The notes under the pieces are model-generated. The model had not been told where the DNA came from. It made no database searches and was given only the letters and a program-made list of their open reading frames with translations. From Leucoraja ocellata (taxonomy: Eukaryota): 64,000 bases of DNA. Location: positions 2,294,001 to 2,358,000 of the forward strand of contig JAWMAR010000073.1 in NCBI GenBank assembly GCA_036785375.1. Reading direction: 5' to 3'. The position numbers were made by a program, and so were the translations under genes. Position 1 is the first letter of the stretch, and each line of letters begins with the position of its first letter. Shown here piece by piece: positions 50,560 through 63,334 of the stretch.

Positions 50560-52245
50560 ATTAGTATTTCTCCTCTGTTTTTATTGCGGAGAAAGACAGG
50601 AAGACTGAGGAACTTGGGACAGTTAATGGAAGTGTCTTGAGACCAGTCAATATTACAGTCGAAGAGGTGCTGAAGGTCTTGACACATATGAAGGTGGACA
50701 AATCTCTTGGCTGCATCAGATATATCTAAGGACTGTGGGAAACTAGAGAGGAAATGGCGGAAGCCATGGCTGAAATGTACGAGTTGTCATTAAATCCAGG
50801 AGATGAGCCGGATGACTGAAGGGTGGCAAATGTTGTGCTTCTATTCAAGAAGGGCTGAAGGGAAAAGGCTGGAAATTATATGCCAGTGACCTTAACATTC
50901 ATAGCGGGATAGTTACTAGAGGATATACTGAGGGATTAACATGCATTTATATAGACAAGGGCTGATTGGGGAGAGTCAGCATGGTTTTGTAAGTGGGAGT
51001 TTGTCTCACAAATTTGAGTATTTTGAAGATGTGACCAAAAAGGTTGATGAGGGCAGAGTTGTAGATGTTGTATATATGGACTTCAGCAAAGCATTTGACA
51101 AGGTTCCACATGGTAGGCTGCTCTGGAAGGTTAGATTGCATGGGATCCAAGAAGAGATAGCTGAATGGATAAGAAATTGGCTCCATGAAAGGAAGCAGAG
51201 GGTGATGGTGGAAGTTGCTTCTCGGACTGGAGGCCTGTGACTAGTGGTGTGCCTCAGGGTTTGGTGCTGGGTCCATTACTGTTTGTAATCTATATCAATG
51301 ATTTGGATGTTAACGTATATGGCAAGATTAGCAAATTTGCAGACGATACAAATGTGGGTGGTTTTGCAGATAGTGAAGATGGATGTCAAAAATTGCAGCA
51401 AGATCTTGATCGGTTGGCCGGGTGGGCTGAGGAATGGTTGATGGAATTTAAGACGGAGAAATGTGAGGTGTTGCATTTTGAAAGTCTAACATGGGCAGGT
51501 CCTACACGGTGAATGGTAGGACTCTGGGGAGTGTTATAGAGCAGAGGGATCTAGGAGTGCGCAGAGGGATCTAGGAGTGCAGGTACATAGTTCCTTGAAG
51601 GTAGTGTCTCAGGTAGATAGGGTGTTCAAAAAGGCTTTTGGCGCATTGGCCTTCCTTAGTCAGAGTATTGTGTATCAAGGTTGGGAGGTCATGTTGCAGT
51701 TATATTAGACATTGGTGAGGCTCTATTTAGAATATTGTGTTCCGTTCAGGGCACCATGTTGCAGGAATAATGTGGTCCATTTGGACAGGATACAGAGAAG
51801 ATTTATGAGGATGTTGCCAGGACTTGAGCGTCTGAGCTAAAGGAAGAGGTTGAGCAAGCTGGGACTCTATTCCTTGGAGTGCAGGAGGATGAGGGGTGAT
51901 CTTATCATGAGAGGAATAGATTGGGTAGATGCACAGAATCTCTTGCTCAGAGTAGGTGGATCGAGAACCAGAGGACATTGGTTTAAGGTGAAGGGGGAAA
52001 GATATAATAGTAAGCTGTGGAGTAACTTTTTCACACAGTGGGTGATGGGTATATGGAACGAGGTGCTAGAGGAGATCATTGAGGCAGGGACTATTGCAAC
52101 TTTTAAGAAACAATTGGGCAGCTACATGGATAGGACAGGTTTGAAGGGATGGCAAATGCAGGCAAGTAGGACTAGTGTAGATGGGACATGTCGGGCAGTT
52201 TGAGCAAGTTGGGTCGAAGGGCCTGATCCAAGCTGTATGACTATC
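50560..52245 (+). mobile_element. CR1 subfamily B, 5'-truncated and frameshifted
   Basis: [28 protein letters not shown]; 20-bp tandem duplication at 51541-51580; CR1 3' UTR. Confidence 0.9.
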
Positions 52246-53235
52246 ATCTTTTAATGTCTGGAGGATTCTACAACAAGTTAATAAATCAAAATGTTCATAA
52301 TTTCACATGAGCAATTAAAGTTATTCAAATTTAATTTCTTGCACAATAACCTTTCCAATAGATACATGGATAATGTATACAAATTAGATGCTGAAATAAA
52401 CACCAATGGTGAAATGCAGGTGGACACATTTAAGTTTAGGAAAACCTACTGCAGTAAATTGTGGCATATATTTTTAATGAGCTAATAAAAGATTGATGGG
52501 CTTTGTGATCATTTATGACACAAATCTGAGAGAAGGAAGGTTTCACATATGCACTGTCTGCAGGCGATAAAAAATGATTTACTAATTTTGGGCTTTCGAA
52601 TAGGCAAGTGCAGTGATATCCTGGCGTTTAAATTGTAGGGAATCTGAACTAATTTTGCATTTTACTTCATGCAAAACAGTTGAAAATTAATCTACAAACA
52701 ATCATTTTGAAGGTTTGGAAAAATTGCTCATGGTGTAGAGGAACAATAAGTTACACATCATCCAAATGAACCTGCAAATATTCCATTTGTTGTCTGCTTT
52801 GTTGTCTGCCATGTGGTAAACCTTGCAAGGAAAAAAGACATAGATGCCTTAAGCCTTTCATGTATTGCAAACCTTGTAGTATTCAGCCCCAATGTTGCTT
52901 GTGCCTTTTTTGGAATTTTGTTTTCTGCAGTTTAAAATGTTCTTTGAATAATAATGTAAATCTTCTGTACACGCCTTGCTTCAATTTCTAGTCCTTTGTT
53001 TTAGTCAGAGATGGGATTCTCATTCACAAACTTAACTTGGAAAAATAAAAATATTTTTTTCAGAGTTGATGTTGCTAAGCATGAAGGATCTTATTACTGT
53101 TTTGTTTTGCAGAAATGTTAGGCATATTCCAGTATTCAGCAAAGCACCAAACAGCTTTGTTTTTGAAAAAAAATCTCTGAACACTTGCGAAGCTGGAGTG
53201 TATGGCACATTTTGTTGTTGCAGGAGCTCAAACAA

Positions 53236-53320
53236 GTCTCGACCAGAAACGTCACCTATTCCTTCTCTCCATAGATGCTGCCTCACCCACTGAGTTTCTC
53301 CAGCATTTTTGTCTACTTTT
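53236..53320 (+). repeat. Penelope pLTR fragment
   Basis: GTCTCGACCAGAAACGTCACCTATTCC...CAGCATTTTTGTCTAC. Confidence 0.7.
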
Positions 53321-53599
53321 CCTCAAATGTCTTTTCATTTTGTTTATAGTTTCTGTGAGTAACATATGTACTGTAAAAGTTGAGACTGGAAGTAGTAATT
53401 TTGCGTACAAAGCACTTTGTGGTTGCTATTTGTCACTGGCATGCAGATTTGCCTTCTGAAACACATCTGAAGAGGATGGGCGGCCGACAGTTTTTTTCCT
53501 CCCAAGTAGGCTTTCTGGTTTTTCAAGTTTTAATCGGGCAAATCCAAACACTTCATACCCAAATTAAGTGTGTTTATTTGTCAATATGCACTGGATATG

Positions 53600-54145
53600 A
53601 AATCGGACAATGGAATTCTTACTTGCTGAAGCTTTACTGCCACACTAGTCACATTAACAACAACAATAAATGTGCAATAAATGATCAGCTTTTGTAAATA
53701 AACTAGAGCGTTGCAAAAAACAAAGTATGTGGGCAACCATAGTAGTGTAAAGTCCGTAGTAGTTTGATGCTGAGGTAGGGTTGTGCAGTGTGTTTCTTGC
53801 ACCTGATGGTTGATTGGAAGAAGTTATTCTTGAGGTAGGAGGCAACAGTTCTCAGCCTTCTGTAACACACCCAGTCCATGTATTTCAGCACACTGCTACT
53901 TGTGACTTAAAATAATTGCTTCAGATTCAGATTCAACTTTAATTGTCATTGTCAGTGTACAGTACAGAGACAACGGAATGCAGTTAGCATCTCCCTGGAA
54001 GAGCGACATAGAATATGAATAAATCAATCTATTTACATGCATACAGTCATAGTGTTTTTCCTGTGGGAAGAGTGTCCGGGGGGGGGGGGGGGGGGGGGGT
54101 GATTGGCAGTCACTGAGGTACAGTGTTGAGTAGTGTAACAGCTTA
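53600..54145 (-). mobile_element. Two Rex1-type LINE 3' tail fragments
   Basis: CCTGATGGTTGATTGGAAGAAGTTATTCTTGAG; (GATTCA)n tail followed by TTTAATTGTCATTGTCAG. Confidence 0.55.
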
Positions 54146-54469
54146 AGATCATTGGATAATTGGTTTAAATTTATGACCATTTGGTCCTTGACTTTTGTTA
54201 ACAGCAGTCATTTCTGTCTACTTGCCTTGATGAGGCAAGCAATGCTAGCTGCTCTAGTCTGTTGTCATATCTGAAAGCCCTCGTCTGGATTCATTCTAAT
54301 CTTCTCTCAGTCTTTTATATTCTTACCAACTGTAAAATTGTGGTAAGTAGAAGGAATAACTAGTATTTGAGAAAAGTTTAATGTAACTTTTTTTAATGAA
54401 ATCTAGGATTTTTATTAACCCATCTCACAAACTGTCCCAATACATTCTCCCTCTAATCTATCCAGGGAC

Positions 54470-54830
54470 CCCAACTGCCCTTCCAGGTGAGACCACTCCC
54501 TCCACAACTTCTTGGTTCATTCATTCCTTCCCACTTCCCAAAGTACTTTCCCCTGCAGCCACAGGAGATGTAACACCTTTCCCTATACCTCCCCCCTGGC
54601 ATCAATCCAGGGACCCCAGCAGCCCTTCCAGGTGAGGCAGAAGTTCACATGCATCTCCTCTAACCTGATGTATAGCAGTCGGTGTCACCTCCTTTCCATC
54701 GGCGAGATCACACGGCAATCATTTTGCCGAACAATTGCACTCCGTCTATCATAGTCTGCTGAAGCTCCTGGGTGCTAACCATTTTAACTCTCCTTGAGTT
54801 GTTTGGTAAACCAGCATCTGTAATTCCTTG
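54470..54830 (+). mobile_element. Degraded Penelope GIY-YIG fragment
   Basis: TFPCSHRRCNTFPYTS..FQVRQKFTCISSNL..IGE; homologous to 49760-50060. Confidence 0.75.
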
Positions 54831-55749
54831 TGTCCACATTCTTTCATGTTACCTTAAAAGAGTTAAGTGGATATATAAATAGATCTGTGTGCTTCTGCAT
54901 CTACTTCAATATTGGACAATTTAGTCTCTGTCTCTTATCGATCTCTTGCCAGAATGTATTATCTTGCATTCAGTGTATAAAAATTTTAACAGCCATGTGT
55001 CAATGTTTTGGTCTACTAGCCTTGTTGCTGTTTAACACACAACCAAGCCTTGTATCATCCACTAGTTTGAAAATTTGACTTTGTATACCTATATCCAGTT
55101 CTTGTATGTGGCCAACTTCAGAATTTCACCCACTCAGTTTAGCATATATGGCGAGGAAGTTTGTAGATATGAATAAGAAATATGTAGTACGTGGCTCCAG
55201 GACTGATGACCTTGTCTTGCCTTCCCTCAGGCTCCAATTTATTTCATATTTTTATTTCTATTCCATGTCTAATACCTATTATATAGGTATTAGACATTTC
55301 AGATACAGGGGGTATGACAAATTAGTAACCAATCATCTGAGTCCTTCTGGTGATTTACAACATCAGTCACATGATCCCCTTTCCCTGGCCTCGCCTTACA
55401 ACCTTTGTTTGCCTGTGGTATAACTTTGCATAGAATTATTTTATTTCAACACAGCAAAACCCCAGTAGGCTCAATTATCAAAGATCACTCCTCAAGATAT
55501 AAGATACATATGTAATACAATGATCACATGTCATACACACTTTCCATACCAAGAAGAAAGATATTTCTATAAATCTAAACAAAGTCTAATGTTTACAGTC
55601 CTACTAGGACACAATATATTTCAAAGATTGTTTCACTACAATTTTACACAGTTTTAAATACTATTACTTATGTATTAAAACATTAAATATATGTTTGCCG
55701 AATTACAATTTCTAAGTTCAAAACCCATACACACCTCCCAACCAAGCAT

Positions 55750-57905
55750 ACATAGAAACATAGAAATTAGGTGCAGGAGTAGGTCATTCGGCCCTTCGAG
55801 CCTGCACCGCCATTCAATATGATCATGGCTGACCATCCAACTCAGTATCCCGTACCTGCCTTCTCTCCATACCCTCTGATCCCCTTAGCCACAAGGGCCA
55901 CATCTAACTCCCTCTTAAATATAGCCAATGAACTGGCCTCGACTACCCTCTGCGGCAGAGAGTTCCAGAGATTCACCACTCTCTGTGTGAAAAAAGTTAT
56001 TCTCATCTCGGTTTTAAAGGATTTCCCCCTTATCCTTAAGCTGTGACCCCTTGTCCTGGACTTCCCCAACATCGGGAGCAATCTTCCTACATCTAGTCTG
56101 TCCAACCCCTTAAGAATTTTGTAAGTTTCTATAAGATCCCCTCTCAATCTCCTAAATTCTAGAGAGTATAAACCAAGTCTATCCAGTCTTTCTTCATAAG
56201 ACAGTCCTGACATCCCAGGAATCAGTCTGGTGAACCTTCTCTGCACTCCCTCTATGGCAATAATGTCCTTCCTCAGATTTGGAGACCAAAACTGTACGCA
56301 ATACTCCAGGTGTGGTCTCACCAAGACCCTGTACAACTGCAGTAGAACCTCCCTGCTCCTATACTCAAATCCTTTTGCTATGAAAGCTAACATACCATTC
56401 ACTTTCTTCACTGCCTGCTGCACCTGCATGCCTACTTTCAATGACTGGTGTACCATGACACCCAGGTCTCGCTGCATCTCTCCTTTTCCTAGTCGGCCAC
56501 CATTCAGATAATAGTCTGCTTTCCTGTTTTTGCCACCAAAATGGATAACCTCACATTTATCCACATTATACTGCATCTGCCAAACATTTGCCCACTCACC
56601 CACCCTATCCAAGTCACCTTGCAGTCTCCTAGCATACTCCTCACAGCTAACACTGCCTCCCAGCTTAGTGTAATCTGCAAACTTGGAGATATTGCCTTCA
56701 ATTCCCTCATCCAGATCATTAATATATATTGTAAATAGCTGGTGTCCCAGCACTGAGCCTTGCGGTACCCCACTAGTCACTGCCTGCCATTGTGAAAAGG
56801 ACCCGTTTACTCCTACTCTTTGCTTCCTGTTTGCCAGCCAGTTCTCTATCCACATCAATACTGAACCTCCAATGCCGTGTGCTTTAAGTTTGTATACTAA
56901 TCTCTTATGTGGGACCTTGTCGAAAGCCTTCTGGAAGTCCAGATACACCACATCCACTGGTTCTCCCCTATCCACGCTACTAGTTACATCCTCGAAAAAT
57001 TCTATAAGATTCGTCAGACATGATTTACCTTTCGTAAATCCATGCTGACTTAGTCCAATGATTTCACCACTTTCCAAATGTGCTGCTATCCCATCTTTAA
57101 TAACTGACTCTAATAGTTTCCCCACTACCGATGTTAGACTAACTGGTCTGTAATTCCCCGTTTTCTCTCTCCCTCCCTTCTTAAAAAGTGGGGTTACGTT
57201 TGCTACCCGCCAATCCTCAGGAACTACTCCAGAATCTAAAGAGTTTTGAAAGATTATTACTAATGCATCTATTATTATTATTACTAATGCTATTTCTGGA
57301 GCTACTTCTTTAAGTACTCTGGGATGCAGCCTATCTGGCCCTGGGGATTTATCGGCCATTAATCCATTCAATTTACCCAACACCACTTCCCGGCTAACCT
57401 GGATTGCACTCAATTCCTCCAAATCCTTTGACCCGCGGTCCCCTGCTATTTCCGGCAAATTATTTATGTCTTCCTTAGTGAAGACGGAACCAAAGTAGTT
57501 ATTCAATTGGTCCGCCATATCCTTGTTCCCCATGATCAACTCACCTGTTTCTGACTGCAAGGGACCTACATTTGTTTTAACTAATCTCTTTCTTTTCACA
57601 TATCTATAAAAACTTTTGCAGTCAGTTTTTATGTTCCCTGCCAGTTTTCTTTCATAATCTATTTTTCCTTTCCTAATTAAGCCCTTTGTCCTCCTCTGCT
57701 GGTCTTTGAATTTCTCCCAGTCCTCCAGTATGCTGCTTTTTCTGGCTAATTTGTACGCATCATCCTTCACTTTGATACTATCCCTGATTTCCCTTGTTAT
57801 CCACGGATGTACTACCTTCCCTGATTTATTCTTTTGCCAAACTGGGATGAACAATTTTTGTAGTTCATCCATGCAGTCTTTAAATGTCTTCCATTTCATA
57901 TGCAT
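55750..57905 (-). mobile_element. Young 5'-truncated CR1 LINE (subfamily A)
   Basis: CATAGAAACATAGAAA tail; 3' part nearly identical to the copy at 32091-32695. Confidence 0.95.
55842..57905 (-). pseudogene. CR1 ORF2 fragment, 687 aa open (RT plus C-terminus, no endonuclease), catalytic D mutated
   Basis: All RT motifs present, but FADDTK reads FADYTK and VLGP reads VLGH. Confidence 0.9.
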
Positions 57906-59384
57906 ACATGGGTCGTAAATCTGTCAACTTAATTAATAAGTGTTTGGTGCAAGGATACAACTTCATTTTAATTTGCAGCCCCTTTCCTGCTATCTAGAAG
58001 CTGGATTTCCAATCTCACTAAAATATTACAGAACAAAGCGTAAATTCACAACTCAGACCATTACATCAGAATTACATCTGCTTCTTCGACTTTCTATAAA
58101 CATAGGAAGGTCACATATCCATCAATCTAATTATTTTCCTCTCCAAGCAACTACTCCCCTTCATACACATCCTACGCCTTATCTCAATCTCATTATAATT
58201 TGACTTAGCCAAAGCTAAATTACAGTCTATTATCTCTCAGCCTTGAATTCTGTCTGAAACTCAGCATAACCCTCACAGCTCAAGAATGTGCCATAGAGAA
58301 AGAGCAGAGGACCTCTGACCTAAGGAGAGGCCCCATTCAGTAATCCATTCTTCAACACAATCATATCAAATACAATTTCCTCCAGCGATACGATTGCCTC
58401 AAAGCAATAAACTAAGCTATGCAGGTTCAGATCAGTGCCTCTATGCTTTGATTCTTCTGTTCGCTGTATGTGTCTCTTTGCACTTTATTTCTCTAGGACA
58501 CATGTGTTTCTGAAAACCTTAAGCTTTTCTTTTGCAAATTACCTAGCTTATATAAAAGTCACTATCCGAGCGGTTCTATTATATAATATTTCCTCAAAAG
58601 AATGGGTCTGTCAATGTTTGGTACCACTGGGGGTGAAATAATATGCAATTGCGTTGTATGCTGCTGAACTTTACTGGGTGGAAGCAGCATACTCAAGAGA
58701 CCTTGAAGGTACAGCAAGGGTATTAATTAGTTCGTTTTTTCCATAATCTACAAACGCCCTCTCCCTAAGCATTAAAATGAATGGGATGATTTTACATAGG
58801 TTTGTCCTTGTACCCCTTATTGAACAATGATGTACCATTAGGCTCTCAACTCTGTTGCAAGTTAATGGGCTAAGATGTTTTTGTACCTTGCAGCTGTAAA
58901 TGAATATATTTTGCAGAAAATTAAAGGTTCAAGAGGCCATGTTAAACCCACACTACCGTATTCAAGTCTTTGTGCTACCGAGGCAAATCCACACTTAAAC
59001 ATTTGGGAAAGACCCAAGCAGAGGAACAGACTTTTATCGTGTCATTTTGTTTATATATTCAACACTATTGTGTTTCTCTGTTGGCGTACTGGATTCTCAA
59101 GATTGTCTATTTCACTGCCCCTCACATGAGCTTTTCCTAAGTACAGAGGCAGGCTTTAGAAAAGATAATCAGGTAGAAATTATTTAAGCCGGATGCTGTT
59201 TTGTGCCTCACTTTGTTGTCGACTCAAAGATTCTCTGCAGAACCCACTGTGCTGTTTCACCAGAGAGACCGAGTGCTCTGACTACAATTTCTTTTGCATA
59301 ATTTATGCCTACCAATTAAATCTGCTTCTATGGTAACTTGCAAAAATGCTTGTTGTGTTGCGCAGTTGAAATACCTCCATTTTG

Positions 59385-60470
59385 CAACATAGAAAATTAC
59401 AGCACAGGAACAGGCCCTTTCGGCCTCAGTATCTGTGCTGAATATGATGCCAAATTAAACTAACCCCAAACTGCATATGATCCATATTCCTCCATTTCTT
59501 GCATATTCATGTGCCCATCTAAATGCCTCTTAAATGTCACTATTGTATCTGCTTCCACCACCATTCCAGGCAATGCAATCCAGGTACTTACAACCCTGTG
59601 TAAAAATACATTTTAGTCGTATATCTCTTTAGACCTCTCAACTTAGCTATAACTCGACTCTTGGATATTTCCACAATGGGAAAAGGATTTTGACTGCATC
59701 CTATCTATGCCTCTCATAATTTTGTACACTTCTATGAGGTCGCAACCTCTGCTCCAGAGAAAACGGTCCAGTTTTTCCAACCTCTCAATAGCTAATACCC
59801 TCTCATCCAGGCAGTATGTTGGTAAACCTAAGGGTGCTAAGGGTCCTGCCATTAACTGTACACTTTCTCCTTACATTTGACCTCCCAAAGAACAACCTAT
59901 GACCTTTTCCCGATTGAACTGCTCAGATCTGTAATTGATCCATGTCCTGCTGTTTCTTCAATTTTCTTCATTGTCCACAACTGTACCAATCACAAACAGG
60001 GGTCCCAGTACTGATCCACATAGAACATCATTGTCCACAGACCTCAAGCCAGAATGACACCCTTCCATACTACCCTCTCTCTTCTATGGATAAGTCAGTC
60101 CCAATCCAAACTACCAAGTCACCGTGGATCCCATGCAGTTTATATCTTTTGGATCAGCCAACCAAGAGGGAACTTGTCAAATGCCTAACGAAAGTCCATG
60201 GTGTCTTCTCAACATTTGCCTTCATCATCTGAAAAAAAAAATCCATATTTGTAAAACATGACCTGTCCCGCACAAAGCCATGCTGACTGTCCCTAATTTG
60301 TCCATTCACTTCCAAATGCAATTAAATCCTATCCCGAAGAATGCTTTCCAACCCTGTGACTATCACTGAAGAAATGTCCCTCATGCTTTCCTTGGTGAAT
60401 GCAGAAGCAAAATTCTCATTTAAGACCATGCGTACATCCTCTAACTCCAAGCATAAATTCCCTTCTTTAT
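59385..60470 (-). mobile_element. Degraded CR1 with deletions
   Basis: CATAGAAAATTACAGCACAGGAACAGGCCC tail; CTTGTCAAATGCC..AAAGTCCAT; AAAGCCATGCTGACT. Confidence 0.75.
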
Positions 60471-62049
60471 CCCTCTTGGTGTTACCCTCTTGTTTTTAAT
60501 GTATGTATGCTAACAGGAGAGTTGCTGAAGGAATTCAGCATCTTTGGAGGGAAATGGACATTTGACATTTTGGGTCACAGTTTCCCTTCATCTCGATTGT
60601 GTTTTGTGAATCTGGCATTTTGCTAAATGGTGTAGATTCCCAGCTGGGCAACTCAAAACTAGACTTCCCAGAATTTACCAAGTATTATAATCAGCAGGAG
60701 AATTTTGTCCTGACTCTTCAATTGTATTCACTATCATTGTAGCATAAGTGAAAGTTGTTTGCATTTAGTTACTCAAGTTAATCTGTTTAAATTGGCTATA
60801 GTTATGAAATATATTAATGAGTTTACTAAAAGCGTCCCATGTTGGAAATGAAGTAAGATATGACTTTATCTCCTTCCCCATTAACTCTGAACTTTGAGGA
60901 AATTGGCATTATGTAGAAATGTTGTCCAGAAATGTACTATTGTATTTTCTATTACTTGAACAATAAAATAAAGTTTATCAGCTTGGTCCATCACTTAGGC
61001 TGACATAGCACAACTGTTCTGGACAATGTTTTGCCCCTCCTGTCTCGATACTGAGCTCATTATCCTTCTAGTCTACTGATTGGGGAATGTTTCCATTCTG
61101 GAACCAATGTTAATACTCCATCTTAAGCAAAGCCAATTACATTTTTGTGTGATGATGAGAGAGGATGTCATTGTCTAATCTGAATTCCTGATGGCTCTTT
61201 CACTTTTATATCCAGCCTGGCTTTATTTCTGATGTGCAATTTCTGGAGCTGGTGCAGTATCTACATCAGTCCCCCAAGATATTTTGGCTTGGTTGTGGAG
61301 CATTCGTGTCATATGAACAGATTGAACCACTGAATAAACCAAAATAGTTACTATGTATATTTTCCTTGTATACCACTGACTAGGAAGAGTGATGCTGCTT
61401 TTGTGACCTATGAATTAATTGGGTATCAATTTGTATGGGTGAATCCTTTTTAGCCTCCAGCATGCGATGACCTTTCAAAAATAAATTCACATTGTGGTCA
61501 CTGTGGGTTAGCACATTTTTGATGAGGGTACTCCATTGGTTACTGCATTAATTAGTCTTTTTCAAAATACTTGTTTGCTTCGAATCTTTTACAGCAAACT
61601 ATTTTATCTGTTTTTTTGTTCCATTAGCGATGTGTATGGATACTTTCTTGAAAATGGGCAGACCTGCGGGTGGAGGGGGAGGGGTTTAAAGACTTGGTCT
61701 AACGCAAAGACCGACCACTCCTGCAAAATCCAATGGACTGAGTGTAGTATGCAACGGAGCGTAACTTCTGCCATTTCAGTAAACCCGACCCGACTTCAAT
61801 TATGCCCCTCGCAGTGTAATCAGCGTTGCTGGGGAACAGTTTGTGTGTTTTTAAATGTTTTTAAAAAAATTATTTTTAAATGCAGTAAACCCTCATCAAT
61901 TTCCCCCATCACTGTCAGCACTGCGTTGGTCGCTATTTGCTGAAGTAAGTGTGTGTGTGTGTGTGGAAACTTGCGTGATTGTTAATCTGACTGGAAGCCA
62001 AATCTGACTGGACACACGCTAATACACACGAAAACGGCACATACCTTGT

Positions 62050-62317
62050 ACAGGGAGGAACTGCAGATGCTGGTTTAAACTGAAGACAGACACAAAAGGC
62101 TGGAGTAAATCAGCAGATCAGGCAGCATCTCTGGAGAAAAGGAATAGGAGATATTTCGTGTCAACTGGTCTTCTTCAGACTGACAGTCAAGTGAAAGGGA
62201 AACGGGAGATATAGGCATATCTTCCATTCATTTGTCCTTAGTACCGTCTATATCTCTTGTTCCTCTTTCCCCTGACTCAGTCTGAAGAAGGGTCTCGACC
62301 CGAAATGTCACCTATTC
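62050..62317. repeat. Inverted pair of Penelope pLTR fragments inside the TIR element
   Basis: Minus pLTR 62050-62215, then plus pLTR 62225-62317; a further plus piece at 62625-62730. Confidence 0.7.
62282..62309 (+). ncRNA. Minimal hammerhead-ribozyme-like motif (Penelope type)
   Basis: CTGAAGA-A-GGGTC-TC-GACCC-GAAA-T-GTC: conserved boxes and stem II; stem III collapsed; stem I not clearly resolved. Confidence 0.55.
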
Positions 62318-62435
62318 AGCTCTATGATCTTTGCTTCTGTTCGTTTGTCCGCGCGTTCGCTTGCTCTTGGTGCCGGCGCTTCTCCCCTCAGACTCCGCCA
62401 AACAAATGCACATGCACACGCACCCACACAGATGG

Positions 62436-62518
62436 GTGCGGGCCGAGACCAGGAGCAGGGCGAAGGATGACATCAAACGGGTCATGGCAGCTATCGAAAA
62501 AATACGGAAATGGCAAGG
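62436..62518 (+). pseudogene. BCL7A: BCL7A-like exon 1 fragment (SWI/SNF subunit BCL7 N-terminus) with donor remnant
   Basis: [26 protein letters not shown] matches the conserved BCL7 N-terminus (KRVMAA is A-type); MSGRS start absent; similarity ends at AAATG|GCAAGG. Confidence 0.88.
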
Positions 62519-63334
62519 GAGAAATGTTTATAAAACACCCGAAGGAAATAGATGTTTAACAAAAAAAAGGGTGCCGGCGATCGCTCCGTGTCCGTGCTGG
62601 AGGGGGGGGCGGGGGATGGCTTGAGTTCCTCTTTCTCTTGACTCAGTCTGAAGACGGGTCTCGACCTGAAATGTCACCTATTCCTTTTGTCCAGAAATGC
62701 CGCCCGACTCGCTGCATTTTGGTCTATCCTTTAATCTCTCAGCCTGATATATCAGAATCTCCCTGAATTAGCTTGATGTCATGACGGAAGCCGGTTACGG
62801 AAATGGCGCTGAAGATTACCCATCACCTACTACGGCTTTTTCGCGGAGTGAACCATGTTGCTCTGCTCTATGATCTTTGGTCTAAAGGATAAATAGTGCC
62901 TCCTTTGCTGTAAAATCCTATAGAGAAATGTACATGGCTCAGGGTTGAGTACATGTTCAACATGCTTTACAGTTGATGATTTTCAAATAATTCAGTACAT
63001 GTTAGAGGTAGCTGTTTTCTGCTGCTTTTTAAAAAACAAACAGTTGTGAAGAAAATCAGCAGTGCAGTGTCCTGGGAGCACAAATTGAAGCTATAAGATT
63101 GATTTGATATAGCTGACAGCTAAATATTGATCTGAGCATCTAATTCCCTGACAACTTCACCTAATCGTAAATAAAGTTGTCAGAGTATTTAGATTTGTGT
63201 GTTGATTTCAGAAATCCCCCCAAAAATGTCTTGGAGGTAATATTTAGTGCTGTAACAAATCACTTCTGTGACAAAATAATTCACATTTTCAATTCAAGTT
63301 CTATAACTTCATTCAGAAAGACATACCATTATGA

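Larger units (their letters stand above)
61705..62879. mobile_element. Non-autonomous 8-bp-TSD TIR transposon (P-like or hAT) carrying captured host DNA
   Basis: Termini CAAAGA / TCTTTG with related subterminal CACTCC..AAAA..GTAGTA; flanks GTCTAACG (61697-61704) and GTCTAAAG (62880-62887); extra right-end copy GCTCTATGATCTTTG at 62319-62333. Confidence 0.7.

Noticed and set aside
58656-58693. GTATGCTGCT...AGCAGCATAC hairpin with a miR-15/103-like seed
   Set aside because: Only a 10-bp stem; flanking bases do not match known mature miRNAs
62331-62624. Treating the 97-aa ORF as a complete BCL7 gene
   Set aside because: Non-ATG start, native MSGRS missing, only 26 aa homologous, no downstream BCL7 exon seen in the window
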